Source: a virus. Taken from it: a stretch of DNA of 56,226 nucleotides. A model generated the notes under the pieces. That model did not search any database and was not told the DNA's origin. It was given only the letters and a program-made list of their open reading frames with translations. Made by a program: the position numbers and the translations under genes. Location: positions 1-56,226 of IMG/VR virus record IMGVR_UViG_3300045988_142515. The stretch is one strand, 5' to 3'. Positions 6,792 through 16,997 of the stretch are shown here, piece after piece (the stretch's first letter is position 1; every line of letters starts with the position of its first letter).

Positions 6792-7310
6792 ATGTCACCT
6801 TCATCCCCGACCTCGCCGTCTGCGGGGGCCCGCGAGGCGCTCACCGACGCGGCCCTGCTGGCCGTCGACACGGCGCTCACGGTCGGCGCGGCGCTGCGCG
6901 TCACCCGCTTCGCCACTACCGACGTCCTGGGCGGCTGGGCCCTGTCGGACCCCCTGCACCGGCTGGCGAACCGCTTAGAGCCTGCCACCCCTCCCCACCC
7001 GTTCGGCTACCTAGCCCCGCCCTCGGCGCCCCTGCACCGCCTCGTGTCGGCCCTGGACTGCCCGTTCTGCGTCGGCACTCAGGCCGCCCTCGTGATCGGC
7101 GCGGCTCTGGCCGCCACGTCGTCCCGCGCCGTCACCCCTTCCGGCGCCCCTCTCCCCCGCTCGCGACACTCCACCGCCGGCCGCCTCGTCCGAGCGGCCT
7201 GCGCCGCGCTCGGCGCCGCCTACGTCGTGGGCCACGTCTCGCACAGGATCGACTCACTGGCGTCGGCAGCCTCCCAGCCCGCCCCCTACCAGACGAAAGA
7301 CTCGAAGTGA
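6792..7310 (+). CDS. membrane protein, DUF1360-like
   Basis: ALRVTRFATTDVLG and CPFCVGTQAALVIGAAL resemble the DUF1360 pattern as I recall it. ATG 6780 is an alternative start. Confidence 0.5.
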   Translation: MSPSSPTSPSAGAREALTDAALLAVDTALTVGAALRVTRFATTDVLGGWALSDPLHRLANRLEPATPPHPFGYLAPPSAPLHRLVSALDCPFCVGTQAALVIGAALAATSSRAVTPSGAPLPRSRHSTAGRLVRAACAALGAAYVVGHVSHRIDSLASAASQPAPYQTKDSK

Positions 7311-9112
7311 CAGCCTCGCCCACCTCCGCCGCGACCTCAGCCGTCTCTAGCCTCGACGCCTACCGCTCCCGCGCCCTGGCGCGCCGCGGCGTCATCGTCC
7401 AGCAGCCGCCGGCCGCTCCGCCTGCCTCACCTGCACCCCGCACCCTGACCGCCGCGGCCTCACGCCCTGCCGCCTCGGGACGGGGCGCCTCCGGCTCCTC
7501 AGCCACCTCTCCCCGGCGGCAGTCCCCCAGCACCCGCTCGTGGCAGGCAGAGGCGTGGGCGGCCTACGACGAGGTCGGCGAGGAGAGGTTCCTGGCCTCG
7601 ACCCTCGCCGGGCGCCTGAGCCAGGCCCGCCTCTACGTCCAGCACAAACCAGCCACAGGCCCGCGCTCCTCGCTGCGTGACGACGGGATGGACGCGACCG
7701 ACACCGCCCCCTCCCCTACGGCCACCCTCGCTGAGGCGGTCCTGGCGGCCCTCGGTGCGTCCCAGCAGGACCTGGGCCAGATGCTCCAGCGCCTGGCCAC
7801 GAATCTGTTCGTGGCCGGTGAGGGGTGGCTCGTAGGCGTGCCGCGCCACGTTATCGACGAGGTCTCCCCGTCCTCGGCGCCGGCCGTGACCGCGCCTAGC
7901 CCGGATCCGTCGCTGACCGATCTCGTGTGGCGCGTGCTGGCCGTGACCGAGGTCTCCTCGGTCGGCTCCGACGGGCGCACCGTACGGCTGAACCTGGGCA
8001 CCGACGGCTCGGCTCCGGTAGAGGTCGCCTCCAGCGACGTCTACATGGTCCGCGTCTGGCGCCCGCACCCGGCGCGCTACTGGGAGGCTGACTCGCCCAC
8101 GCGGGCCTGTCTGCCGATCCTGCGCGAGCTCATCGGGCTCACCCGCCACATCAGCGCCCAGATCGACTCCCGCCTGGCCGGCGCCGGCATCCTGGTCGTG
8201 CCCTCCTCGGCCTCGGCCGCTCTGGCCTCGGACGCGGCCGACTCCAGTGCCTACGGCGCGCCTGACCCGTTCGTGGCCGCGCTCATGGACTCGATGCTGC
8301 GGCCGATCGAGAACCGGGACGACGCCTCTGCCGTCGTGCCGCTCGTCGTGACCGTGCCGGACGAGGCGGCGGACAAGATGAGCCACCTCACGTTCTCCTC
8401 GGCCCTGGACGCCGGCGCCCGCGACCTGCGCGACGAGGCTATCCGGCGCCTGGCCCTGGCCCAGGACGCGCCGCCGGAGCTCCTACTCGGCTCGGGCGCC
8501 ATGAACCACTGGGGCGCGTGGCTGACGCGTGAGGACACGGTCACCACGCACATCGAGCCGGTCCTGGCCCTCATCTGCGACGCGCTGACCTCCCAGTACC
8601 TTCGTCCGGTCCTGCTCTCGGCGGGCCTATCAGAGGACGAGGTGCGCACGCTCTCCGTCGGCTACGACGTCTCCGCCCTCGTGGCCCGGCCGAACCGCTC
8701 GGAGGAGGCGCTGAACCTCCACCGCGCCGGCGCCGTGTCGGACGAGGCGCTGCGTGAGGCCAGCGGGTTCGACGACTCCGACGCCAAGCCCCTGGACGAG
8801 CGGGCCCTTATGCAGGCCCTGGCCATGGTCACCAAGCGGCCGGACCTGATGGGCACGATCGGCATAGGCCCGCTCACGCAGGAGATCCTCAAGGCCTACG
8901 AGGGAGACTACTCGGCCCCGTCCGAGGCCCTCCGCGCCCTGGCCGTGCCTCCGGCCGCCCCCGACGCCCCCGCTCCTGACCAGGACGGCCCCGGCCGTCC
9001 CCCAAGTGGCGCCGACTCGGCCGAGCCGGGTAGGGTGCCAGGTAGCGAGGCGCCGGTCTCATCCGGCGACGCCCGCCCGGAGTCATCCACCACGGCCCCT
9101 GCTGGGGCCTGA
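7307..9112 (+). CDS. portal protein (601 aa)
   Basis: GTG 7307 overlaps the upstream stop (GTGA). Size and position just before the MuF/protease gene fit a portal. The part of ORF 6776..9112 upstream of 7307 is Arg/Pro-rich junk. Confidence 0.7.
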   Translation: MTASPTSAATSAVSSLDAYRSRALARRGVIVQQPPAAPPASPAPRTLTAAASRPAASGRGASGSSATSPRRQSPSTRSWQAEAWAAYDEVGEERFLASTLAGRLSQARLYVQHKPATGPRSSLRDDGMDATDTAPSPTATLAEAVLAALGASQQDLGQMLQRLATNLFVAGEGWLVGVPRHVIDEVSPSSAPAVTAPSPDPSLTDLVWRVLAVTEVSSVGSDGRTVRLNLGTDGSAPVEVASSDVYMVRVWRPHPARYWEADSPTRACLPILRELIGLTRHISAQIDSRLAGAGILVVPSSASAALASDAADSSAYGAPDPFVAALMDSMLRPIENRDDASAVVPLVVTVPDEAADKMSHLTFSSALDAGARDLRDEAIRRLALAQDAPPELLLGSGAMNHWGAWLTREDTVTTHIEPVLALICDALTSQYLRPVLLSAGLSEDEVRTLSVGYDVSALVARPNRSEEALNLHRAGAVSDEALREASGFDDSDAKPLDERALMQALAMVTKRPDLMGTIGIGPLTQEILKAYEGDYSAPSEALRALAVPPAAPDAPAPDQDGPGRPPSGADSAEPGRVPGSEAPVSSGDARPESSTTAPAGA

Positions 9113-9131
9113 CCAGACCTCAGGAGAACCC

Positions 9132-9659
9132 ATGACACCTCCCCCACCCACAGCCGACGCCGCCCGCGCCTACGCGGCGGCGTCGGCCGCTACCGCCGCC
9201 TCTACCGCCCAACGCCGCACCCCGGACGCGCGCCTGACCGCCCACGGCCAGGACGTTGACGCCACCGCCCTCGTGGCCGTCGTTGACGTCCTGGTAGTCA
9301 AGGCGCTCGAGGCCGTCGGAAAGAGGATCGTGCGGGCCGACCGCGCCCGCTTCAACGCGCTCAAGGGCCGCCCGTTCCACGAGGCGCACGTCCTGTGGCC
9401 CACGGACATCATCACCGTGAGCAAAGCCACGAAGGGCGCCTGGGACGTCGTCCCGGCCCTGCTCGACAACCACGGCTGCCCTGGCGTCGAGTCCGGCCGC
9501 GTCGTGACCCTGCTGGACGCGTACGTGTCCCAGGTCGCCACGCACGGCGTGCCGCACCGGCTGGACCGGCTAGTGACGGCGCTGCGCTACGTCCTGCCGG
9601 AGAACGCGCTCATCCGTACCCCGTCCCTGAACCGGGTGTCCCTCGAGGAGGTGCGTTGA
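9132..9659 (+). CDS. hypothetical protein (175 aa)
   Basis: ATG 9132 preceded by caggagaaccc, inside ORF 9006..9659. Confidence 0.6.
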   Translation: MTPPPPTADAARAYAAASAATAASTAQRRTPDARLTAHGQDVDATALVAVVDVLVVKALEAVGKRIVRADRARFNALKGRPFHEAHVLWPTDIITVSKATKGAWDVVPALLDNHGCPGVESGRVVTLLDAYVSQVATHGVPHRLDRLVTALRYVLPENALIRTPSLNRVSLEEVR

Positions 9660-11998
9660 TGGCCTCCCCCTCTACCTCCCCCGACGTCGACCTTCTGGCC
9701 GAGGGCCCCTCGAACTGGGACTCTCCTAAGGCGGTGGCGGACTGGCGCGACGCGATCGAGGAGCAGTACCTCGACCTGGCCGAGCCGGTCCTGAACGACT
9801 TCCTGCGCAAGGTCCGCGCTCTGGCCGAGGACGCCCTCGACTCCCCGGTCCTCGTGGCGGCCGGCGACCGGGTGCCGAACCCGTTCGCCTGGACCTCCGT
9901 CCGCTCGGCCTGGCAGGCCGCTATCCGAGACCTCATCCGCGACGGGCGCGGCCGTCGACGCCTGCCCCAGTACGCGACCGTGCAGAAGATCCTTGAGGAC
10001 TCAGGCCTGCCGGTCGCCGTCTACGAGGACGTGCGCGCCCTTCTCAAGCGCGCCGCCTCCGAGGGCTGGGGCGAGCGGAAGACGAAGATCGAGCTCGGCA
10101 GACTGCTCGGCACCTCCCGCCGTAAGGGGGAGGCCACGACCGCCTACGCGGCCCGCCTGCGCACCCTGGCCCGTACGGCGGCCACTGCTAACGCCGCCCA
10201 CCGGGCGGCTACCTCGGACCTGGCCCGCAAACGGGGCCGGCTGCGCTGGGTAACGGTCCACGACAACCGGGTGCGGCCCACGCACGTCGAGGCAGACGGG
10301 CAAGTGCAGGACCTCGGCACCCCGTTCCTCGTGGGCGGCGCTCACCTGCTCTACCCAGGTGACCCGGCCGGCCCGATCAAGGAGACGGCGAACTGCCGCT
10401 GCATCCTCATCCCGACCGACGCCCGGCCTCCGGTCAACCGGGCCGTCAACGTAAAGTACTCAGCCGCAGACATTGAAAGGACAGCCATGAAGCTTCGCAT
10501 CGAGGAGACAGCCCGCCGCGTGGGCGAGTTCTCAGACCTTCGGGACGAGGAGCCTGTCGGCGACACGGTCGCCGAGCCCGCCGCAGACGGCCGCTGGGAG
10601 GGCGTCATCGCCCGCGAGGGTGAGATGACCGGTGACGGCCGCCTCATAGAGGAAGGTGCCCTGCGCTGGGACGACCTGCCCATTCCGCTGCGCGTCGCGT
10701 TCAAGGACGTAGGAGGCCACGACGGCGCTGAGGTCTGCGGACGGATCGAGACCGTGGAGCGCCGCGGCAACGGCGACATCTACGCTACCGGGACCTTCGA
10801 CCTAGGCTCCGCCGTCGGCACCGAGGCGTTCCGCCAGATCAGCGAGCAGATGTCTAACGGCGTCTCCATCGACACGGACGACGTGGCGTTCAGGATCATG
10901 GCGAAGGCGGACATGCTTGAGGCCGACGTTGCAGATTCCGGCAATGCTGAGGACGTGGAGCCCGGCCCAGACGGCCGGGTCAAGGTCGCTGCCATGTCCT
11001 CCTCGGACGAGCTCATGGTCATCGAGTCAGCTCGCCTCCGAGCCGCCACCCTCGTGGCTGTCCCCGCCTTCGCCACGGCCCGCGTCTACGCCGCTGGGCA
11101 GGCTCCCAGCACCTCAGAGCCCGCCGAGCGCGACGAAAACGTCGATTCTGGGGAGAAAATGGCTCGCTCAGCGGGTGACGACCTGCCGAGCCGCGACGCC
11201 CTGACCGCAGCGGCTATTCCTACCGCTCCGCCTGAGGCGTGGTTCAAGGACCCGCAGCTGACCGGCCCGACCGCCCTCGTGGTCGAGGACGACGGGCGCG
11301 TATACGGCCATATTGCCGTCTGGGGTACCTGCCACATCGGCCAGATCGGGAAGTGCGTCGAGCCGCCGACCAGCCCGTCTAACTACGCCTACTTCCGCAC
11401 CGGCGCCCTACGCACCGCTGAGGGCACGTCCGTGGCTGTGGGGCATCTCACAATGGGGACCGGCCACGCAGGTCCGCGAGAATCGGCCAACGCTGCTGCC
11501 GAGCACTACGACAACACCGGCACGGTCTTCGCCGACGTCGCGGCCGGTGAGGACGCCTCCGGCATCTGGATCGCGGGCTCCCTCCGTCCCGGCATCACCG
11601 CCGAGCAGGTCCGCGTGGCCCGTTCCGCCCCGATCTCGGGCGACTGGCGCACGATCCGCGGCTCCCTGGAGCTGGTAGGAGCCCTGGCCGTCAACGTTCC
11701 AGGCTTCCCGGTGCCTCGCCCGCAGGGCCTGCTGGCCTCTGGTGAGGTCCGCTCATTGCAGGCGTCCGGCGTCGTGGCCCACGACGACTCCGCCGCCCGC
11801 GCCTCGCACCCCTCGAGCCGGATGCAGGGAGACGGCCTCACGCTCGGCGATATCTCGTACCTGAAGCGCCTGGCCGAGTCCGAGCGGCGCCGTGACCTGC
11901 AGCGCGCTTCGGCTGCGGACAAGATGCGTGCTCGTGTCGAGCGCGCCGGTACACTGGCCAAGGCGGCGTCCATGGCGCGCCGTCTCGGATCCATCTGA
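9659..11998 (+). CDS. MuF-like head morphogenesis / capsid maturation protease fusion protein (779 aa)
   Basis: ATG 9659 (TGATG overlap). MuF motif [18 protein letters not shown]...ANCRCI. Protease-like region ...[21 protein letters not shown]...[11 protein letters not shown] and [17 protein letters not shown]. Confidence 0.7.
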   Translation: MASPSTSPDVDLLAEGPSNWDSPKAVADWRDAIEEQYLDLAEPVLNDFLRKVRALAEDALDSPVLVAAGDRVPNPFAWTSVRSAWQAAIRDLIRDGRGRRRLPQYATVQKILEDSGLPVAVYEDVRALLKRAASEGWGERKTKIELGRLLGTSRRKGEATTAYAARLRTLARTAATANAAHRAATSDLARKRGRLRWVTVHDNRVRPTHVEADGQVQDLGTPFLVGGAHLLYPGDPAGPIKETANCRCILIPTDARPPVNRAVNVKYSAADIERTAMKLRIEETARRVGEFSDLRDEEPVGDTVAEPAADGRWEGVIAREGEMTGDGRLIEEGALRWDDLPIPLRVAFKDVGGHDGAEVCGRIETVERRGNGDIYATGTFDLGSAVGTEAFRQISEQMSNGVSIDTDDVAFRIMAKADMLEADVADSGNAEDVEPGPDGRVKVAAMSSSDELMVIESARLRAATLVAVPAFATARVYAAGQAPSTSEPAERDENVDSGEKMARSAGDDLPSRDALTAAAIPTAPPEAWFKDPQLTGPTALVVEDDGRVYGHIAVWGTCHIGQIGKCVEPPTSPSNYAYFRTGALRTAEGTSVAVGHLTMGTGHAGPRESANAAAEHYDNTGTVFADVAAGEDASGIWIAGSLRPGITAEQVRVARSAPISGDWRTIRGSLELVGALAVNVPGFPVPRPQGLLASGEVRSLQASGVVAHDDSAARASHPSSRMQGDGLTLGDISYLKRLAESERRRDLQRASAADKMRARVERAGTLAKAASMARRLGSI

Positions 11999-12015
11999 GG
12001 AAAGGCACAGAAATC

Positions 12016-12135
12016 ATGGGATGCGGATGTGGACGTACTACAACTCCCCCGGTCGGCACCGAGCCCCGGCCCCTAGCCGACGGCACCCTGCCTGGCGAGG
12101 GCTCCAAGGACTCCTCACCGATCACTCGCTTCTAG
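12016..12135 (+). CDS. possible small protein (39 aa, MGCGCGRTTTPP...)
   Basis: gaggaaagg RBS 8 nt upstream, with the terminator downstream. Short, so weakly supported. Confidence 0.25.
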   Translation: MGCGCGRTTTPPVGTEPRPLADGTLPGEGSKDSSPITRF

Positions 12136-12216
12136 GCGTAGCGCCATCCATCGTCATCGGTTATGATGATCCCTGTTAGAGGTCTCATGGACTCCTGACG
12201 CTGGGTGGATCAGGCA

Positions 12217-12260
12217 GAACCCCCGCACCGTTTGCTCATGGCGGTGCGGGGGTTTTGTTC
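12217..12260 (+). terminator. intrinsic terminator
   Basis: gaacccccgcaccg / cggtgcgggggtt stem, followed by ttgttc. Confidence 0.7.
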
Positions 12261-12264
12261 GCCT

Positions 12265-12289
12265 TATAGAGGGATGTCTCACTCATAGG
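12265..12289 (+). promoter_or_regulatory. conserved late-operon motif TATAGAGG-N8-ACTCATAGG (twin at 29256..29280)
   Basis: Same two boxes at an identical 16-nt offset, upstream of the capsid operon and of the holin gene. Confidence 0.5.
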
Positions 12290-12387
12290 TGTATCCTTTA
12301 AGCCAACGGCATGGCAGCAGGGCCTCGTGTGTACCCCGCTGGGGACGGGAACCCTGCCCAGCAACGAGACACGGAGGACCCCTCAAC

Positions 12388-14265
12388 ATGCGAAAGCACT
12401 TCGATATCGCCGTCTTCGCCGACCAGGCCGACGACGCCCAGGTCGAGACCTTCGACCTGGAGATCCCCGAGAACCTATCCGACCTGAGCGCCGCCGACCT
12501 CGGCGACCTGCGCTCCAAGGCCGTTGACGCCTTCCAGACCCTCTACGCGAACGGTGAGTTCACCGATGAGGACCTTGCCACACTCGGCACCCTGACCGAC
12601 GGCATCGAGGTCCTTTCCGCCGAGATCAGCGCCCGCGAGCAGGCCGCCGCCGAGCGCGCCGCCAAGGCTGCCGAGATGGCCGCCAAGGTCGGTGCCGACA
12701 AGCCCGCCAAGGAGGACGCTCCCGCGGATAAGCCTGCCGATGACGACGCGGACGACGCTTCGGCCGACGACTCGGACGATGGCGACTCCCCGGCTGAGGA
12801 GAAGGCCGACGCGGCCGAGGACGAGGCTGAGGCCAAGGCCGAGAAAAAGGCCAAGGCCGCCGCGGCCGACGTCGAGCCCGAGGCCGTCACCGCCGCTGCC
12901 CCTCGCGGACCCATCAAGCTGTCCGGCATCCGTCGGCACGTTCACACCCCCGCACCTGCGATCACTGAGGAGACCTCCGTGGAGGACACCGCTAAGGCCC
13001 GCATGACCGTGGCCGACGTCCCCGGCTTCGCCGCCGACTCCGACGCAACCTTCGAGGACCTGGCCGTCGCCCTTGACCGCCGCCTCCAGGGCTTCAACTC
13101 CGGCGCCTACGCCGCCGCCGCTCGCGCTGGCCGCGCCATGAGCGAGCGTCACGGCCTGGCCGTCATCCGCAAGTCCTTCGACGAGCGCGCCACCGTCAAC
13201 TCCCCCGAGTCGGCCGAGGCCGCCATGGCCTTCGCCGTCAACGAGAAGAACCTGCCCGGCGGCTCCCTCGTCGCGGCCGGCGGCTGGTGCGCCCCTTCCG
13301 AGACCGTCTACGACCTGCTCGAGGACGAGTCCCGCGACGGCCTGATCTCTCTGCCTGAGATCAACGTCACCCGCGGCGGCATCAAGTTCACCAAGGGCCC
13401 CAAGTTCGCCGACCTCTACGCGGCCCCCTCCTTCAACTTCACCGAGGAGGAGGCGAAGGCCGGCAAGTACCTGCCCGACACGGCTAAGCCGGGGGAGAAC
13501 AAGGTCGGCGCCAAGCCCGTCTACAACGTGCCCTGCACCGACTTCGAGGAGGTCCGCCTCTCCGCAGCGGGTATCCACGTCCAGGCCAACCTGCTCCAGC
13601 AGCGAGGCTACCCGGAGCTGGTCGCCCGCACCATCCGCGGCGCCCTCGTCGCTCACGAGCACAAGATGAGCGAGCGCATCATCGCCGCCATGGAGAAGCA
13701 GTCCACCGCCGTCTCCCTGGACGCCGGCCAGATCGGTGCCGCCGCCCCGATCCTGACCGCCATCGAGCTGCAGGTCGAGCACTACCGCTACGCTCAGCGC
13801 CTCTCCCGCTCCACCACCCTGGAGGCGGTCTTCCCGTACTGGGTCCACGGCGCCATCCGCACCGACCTGTCCCGCCGCCAGGGCGTTGACCTCACCGACG
13901 TCAACGACGCCCGTATCGACGCCTGGTTCAAGGCCCGCGGCGTGAACCCCCAGTTCGTCTACGACTGGCAGGCCCTGACCGGCGCGGCCGGCGACTTCAA
14001 GGTCTGGGGCTCCAGCCTGAAGTTCCTGCTCTACAGCGCGGGCACCTTCGTCAAGGGCGGCCAGGACGTCATCACCCTGGACACCGTCTACGACTCGGTC
14101 CTGCTCGGCCAGAACGACTACACCGCCCTGTTCACCGAGGAGGGCTACCTGGTTGCCAAGCGCGGTCACGACGCCCGCGTCGTGACGGTGCCGATCAACC
14201 CGAACGGCGGCACCGGCACCGGCATCAAGCTCCTCGCCAACGGCACGGCTGACCCGGCCAAGTAA
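12388..14265 (+). CDS. capsid-module structural protein (625 aa): acidic coiled-coil scaffold-like N-terminus plus a large C-terminal domain (major capsid candidate)
   Basis: ATG 12388 after ggagga. N-terminal ~200 aa are Ala/Glu/Asp/Lys-rich. The position after the protease fits a capsid/scaffold protein. Confidence 0.5.
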   Translation: MRKHFDIAVFADQADDAQVETFDLEIPENLSDLSAADLGDLRSKAVDAFQTLYANGEFTDEDLATLGTLTDGIEVLSAEISAREQAAAERAAKAAEMAAKVGADKPAKEDAPADKPADDDADDASADDSDDGDSPAEEKADAAEDEAEAKAEKKAKAAAADVEPEAVTAAAPRGPIKLSGIRRHVHTPAPAITEETSVEDTAKARMTVADVPGFAADSDATFEDLAVALDRRLQGFNSGAYAAAARAGRAMSERHGLAVIRKSFDERATVNSPESAEAAMAFAVNEKNLPGGSLVAAGGWCAPSETVYDLLEDESRDGLISLPEINVTRGGIKFTKGPKFADLYAAPSFNFTEEEAKAGKYLPDTAKPGENKVGAKPVYNVPCTDFEEVRLSAAGIHVQANLLQQRGYPELVARTIRGALVAHEHKMSERIIAAMEKQSTAVSLDAGQIGAAAPILTAIELQVEHYRYAQRLSRSTTLEAVFPYWVHGAIRTDLSRRQGVDLTDVNDARIDAWFKARGVNPQFVYDWQALTGAAGDFKVWGSSLKFLLYSAGTFVKGGQDVITLDTVYDSVLLGQNDYTALFTEEGYLVAKRGHDARVVTVPINPNGGTGTGIKLLANGTADPAK

Positions 14266-14345
14266 TGACTCCGGGGCGGGCGGCGGCCAGTCCCCGCCCG
14301 CCCCGTGATCGTCACTAGCCAGTCACCGTCCAGCAAGGAGGACAG

Positions 14346-15185
14346 ATGCCCATCATCGCACCGAAGCAGCGCATCGAGGCGCCGGTCACTCAGCGCCTGA
14401 AGGGCGGCCTCTTCTCCCGGTTCGCCCCCATCGAGGACTCCTCGATCCGCTGGGAGAACGGCGTCACCTGGGAGGACGTCGAGCGCACCGACGTCGGCAC
14501 CATCGGCCAGTACCAGAAGCCGGGCACCGTCACGGGCCTGCCCAAGGTCCTGGACAAGCCTAAGGGCGTGACCGTCGAGTCCATGGCGCCGATCACCGTC
14601 TACGCGACCTTCCGTACCACGCCCCTCGACCACACCCCTGAGGAGGCCGTCGCCATCGCTGCGCAGCGCCTCGCCCAGTACGAGGAGTACGCGGTCGAGA
14701 AGGCGCTGTGGAGCGGCGTCGGTGGCACGGGCCCCGCTCTCAAACGCGCCCAGGAGTGGGCCAACAACGCAGGTGCGCAGCCTGCCGAGGGCGCCTGGAA
14801 CGCGGCTGAGAAGTACGCCCACACCCCAGGAGTGGCCCCGACGTTCCACCTCTCGCAGCGCCTCGGGTCGATGCTGGCCGGGCGCATGTACATCGACACG
14901 GACCCGAGGACCGGCGAGTCCTACACCCGCATGGGGACTCCCGTGGTCTTCGGTGACGGGTACGACGACACCCCGACCATCATCGCGTCCACCGGGCCGA
15001 TCCTGATCTACCGCGGGGACGTCTTCACCTCGACCACCGGGGCGGGCGGCTTCGACAAGGGCACGAACGATCTGACGGCCGTCGCTGAGCGGCAGTACGT
15101 CATCGCGTTCAACCCGGACGACGCCTACTTTGTGAAGGTATCCACCGACCCCGGCTCCGGCAAGTACGTGGCCCGTCAGTTCTGA
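14346..15185 (+). CDS. HK97-fold-like capsid protein candidate (279 aa)
   Basis: RBS aaggagg. C-terminus ...NDLTAVAERQYVIAFNPDDAYFVKV resembles the typical HK97-family capsid C-terminus. Confidence 0.45.
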   Translation: MPIIAPKQRIEAPVTQRLKGGLFSRFAPIEDSSIRWENGVTWEDVERTDVGTIGQYQKPGTVTGLPKVLDKPKGVTVESMAPITVYATFRTTPLDHTPEEAVAIAAQRLAQYEEYAVEKALWSGVGGTGPALKRAQEWANNAGAQPAEGAWNAAEKYAHTPGVAPTFHLSQRLGSMLAGRMYIDTDPRTGESYTRMGTPVVFGDGYDDTPTIIASTGPILIYRGDVFTSTTGAGGFDKGTNDLTAVAERQYVIAFNPDDAYFVKVSTDPGSGKYVARQF

Positions 15186-15239
15186 GCCCAGATGACCTAC
15201 TCACCAACTCCAACACCAACGGGAAGGATGCGCTGAGCC

Positions 15240-15941
15240 ATGGCTAAGACGCACTCATACACACCAGTGCTGGGGAAGCGCATCCGCGTCACCCCGCTGG
15301 ACACCTGCGGCAAGTTCGACAAGGCACAGCACAAGCCGGTGGCAACCAGCGGCTTCGTGTCGGTCAAGCTCTCCGCCGAGGTCGAGGACGGCACGGAGAT
15401 CACGGTCCGCAAGGCCGACGGCTCCCTGTGCGTCAACGAGAAGCAGTCCAACACCTTCAAGTACTTCACGGTCGAGCTGGAGTTCTGCGGCGTGAACCCC
15501 TCCGTCCTGGACATCGTGACCAACGCCACGAAGTACCTGGACCACGCGGGCGACACCGCGGGCTTCAAGGTCGCCTACGGCAAGATCGAGAAAAAGTTCG
15601 CACTCGAGCTGTGGACCGGCCTGTCCGGCCAGGCCTGTGCGGCCGGTGCTGAGGACGCCAGCGGCTACCTGCTTCTGCCCTTCATCACCGCCGGCACGAT
15701 CGGCGACATCGAGGTCACCGGTGAGGACGCGATCACCTTCTCTATGACCGGCGCCGTCACCAAGTCCGGTAACGCCTGGGGCGTCGGCCCCTACGACGTG
15801 GTCAAGAAGGCCAAGGCCGGAGGCGGCGGCTTCGAGAACGCGAAGCTCCCCACCATCCTCGACCCGCTCGACCACCTCCTCATGATCGACACGGCTCTCG
15901 CTCCCCCGCCGGACAGCGACCAGCCCGTCACCATCCCCTGA
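15240..15941 (+). CDS. abundant virion protein; putative displaced major tail protein (233 aa)
   Basis: Last gene of the capsid operon, followed by a hairpin. No other major-tail-sized gene precedes the chaperone genes. Confidence 0.35.
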   Translation: MAKTHSYTPVLGKRIRVTPLDTCGKFDKAQHKPVATSGFVSVKLSAEVEDGTEITVRKADGSLCVNEKQSNTFKYFTVELEFCGVNPSVLDIVTNATKYLDHAGDTAGFKVAYGKIEKKFALELWTGLSGQACAAGAEDASGYLLLPFITAGTIGDIEVTGEDAITFSMTGAVTKSGNAWGVGPYDVVKKAKAGGGGFENAKLPTILDPLDHLLMIDTALAPPPDSDQPVTIP

Positions 15942-15963
15942 GAAACCCCACCTCAGAGGCACT

Positions 15964-16003
15964 GACAGCCCCGTAGAGCGCACAAACGCCCTGCGGGGCT
16001 GTC
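15964..16003 (+). terminator. stem-loop after the capsid operon (weak U-tract)
   Basis: gacagccccg / cggggctgtc 10-bp stem with a 20-nt loop. Confidence 0.45.
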
Positions 16004-16139
16004 ACCATACCTGCGCCCCGCAGAAGCGCCTCTACGGCCCTTAGGACGGTCCTATAGGTATACTCATCCGTGCGGGCACCGCCTATGGAATCCAGGCGGC
16101 GTAGCCATCCCGCACCACGCACGCGTTGTAGGAGAGGGC

Positions 16140-16997
16140 ATGCAGGACATTGGCAGGGGCTACGGCCCAGGGGACTGGCCGGTCTCCTACAGCGCGTGCG
16201 AGGATCTGAAGGAGTACCTGGACGAGGCCGGCAGGCCCGAGCAGCAGCACACCTTCGAGGCCATGGCGACCCAGCTCCTGTGGGAGTGGACCGGGCGCCG
16301 ATTCGGGACCGACATCGTCGTGATCCGGCCCGAGCCAGCCGACTGCGCGCCGCCGCCCACCTACCAGTCCCAGGAGTACCTGAGAGGCTTCCTCCCGTTC
16401 CGTCTGGGGGGCGTCCTGCACGACGTCGTGTGCGGCCTGTGCGGCCCCTACTGCACCCACACCCACGGGACTCCGGCCATCCGCCTGCCCGGCAACGTCC
16501 ACCGTGTGCACCAGGTCACGATCAACGGCAAGGTGCTCCCGCTGGGCGCGTACCGGCTCATCAACCACTCCGTGCTCCAGCTCACAGGCCGCACCTCACC
16601 GCTCGGGCCCGACGTCCCGCTTGTATTCCCCCCGGTACAAGACCTATCCCGGCCGACGACCGAGGAGGGCACCTGGGAGATCCGCTACTCGCAGGGCGTC
16701 CCCGTCCCAGAGGGCGGCCAGGTCGCCGCCGGCGTGCTCGCTCTCGAGCTGGCCAAGGCGGCCTGCATGGACCGCGACTGCGCACTACCGGCCCGGCTCC
16801 AGTCAGTCACCCGGCAGGGCGTCACCGTCCAGGTGCAGGACGACTTCGAGGAGATGCAGGAGGGCCGCACTGGCATCTGGCTGGTCGACTCCTGGGTCAC
16901 CTCGATCCGCAAGCCTCGCCAGGCCGCCCGGGCCTACAACCCGGACGACTACGTGCGCCGCCAGGCGCCCGGCCGTCGCGGTGGGGTGATCTGGTGA
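16140..16997 (+). CDS. head-to-tail connector/adaptor candidate (285 aa)
   Basis: RBS aggagaggg. Assigned by position. Confidence 0.4.
   Translation: MQDIGRGYGPGDWPVSYSACEDLKEYLDEAGRPEQQHTFEAMATQLLWEWTGRRFGTDIVVIRPEPADCAPPPTYQSQEYLRGFLPFRLGGVLHDVVCGLCGPYCTHTHGTPAIRLPGNVHRVHQVTINGKVLPLGAYRLINHSVLQLTGRTSPLGPDVPLVFPPVQDLSRPTTEEGTWEIRYSQGVPVPEGGQVAAGVLALELAKAACMDRDCALPARLQSVTRQGVTVQVQDDFEEMQEGRTGIWLVDSWVTSIRKPRQAARAYNPDDYVRRQAPGRRGGVIW

Noticed and set aside
6776-7306. N-terminal 177 codons of the 778-aa ORF containing the portal gene
   Set aside because: The translation is Arg/Pro/Gly junk and overlaps the better-supported DUF1360-like gene (6792..7310) in another frame. The portal most likely starts at GTG 7307.
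12271-12292. Resemblance of ctcactcatagg / agactcatagg to the T7-type promoter core (ctcactatagg)
   Set aside because: No single-subunit RNA polymerase gene exists anywhere in this complete 56-kb genome, so a T7-like promoter system is not supported. Retained only as a host-RNAP late motif.
12475-14169. 564-aa minus-strand ORF antisense to the capsid-module gene (similar cases: 48866..50440, 50838..51932, 2291..3016, 7499..8386, 42143..43387, 51917..52702)
   Set aside because: These are shadow ORFs on the opposite strand of well-supported genes. Their Gly/Val/Asp/Leu/Arg-rich translations are typical of antisense reading in high-GC DNA.
16070-16993. 5' two-thirds of the 486-aa ORF 16070..17530
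   Set aside because: Arg/Pro-rich translation overlapping the RBS-supported gene 16140..16997. Only the part from GTG 16994 onward looks like real protein.
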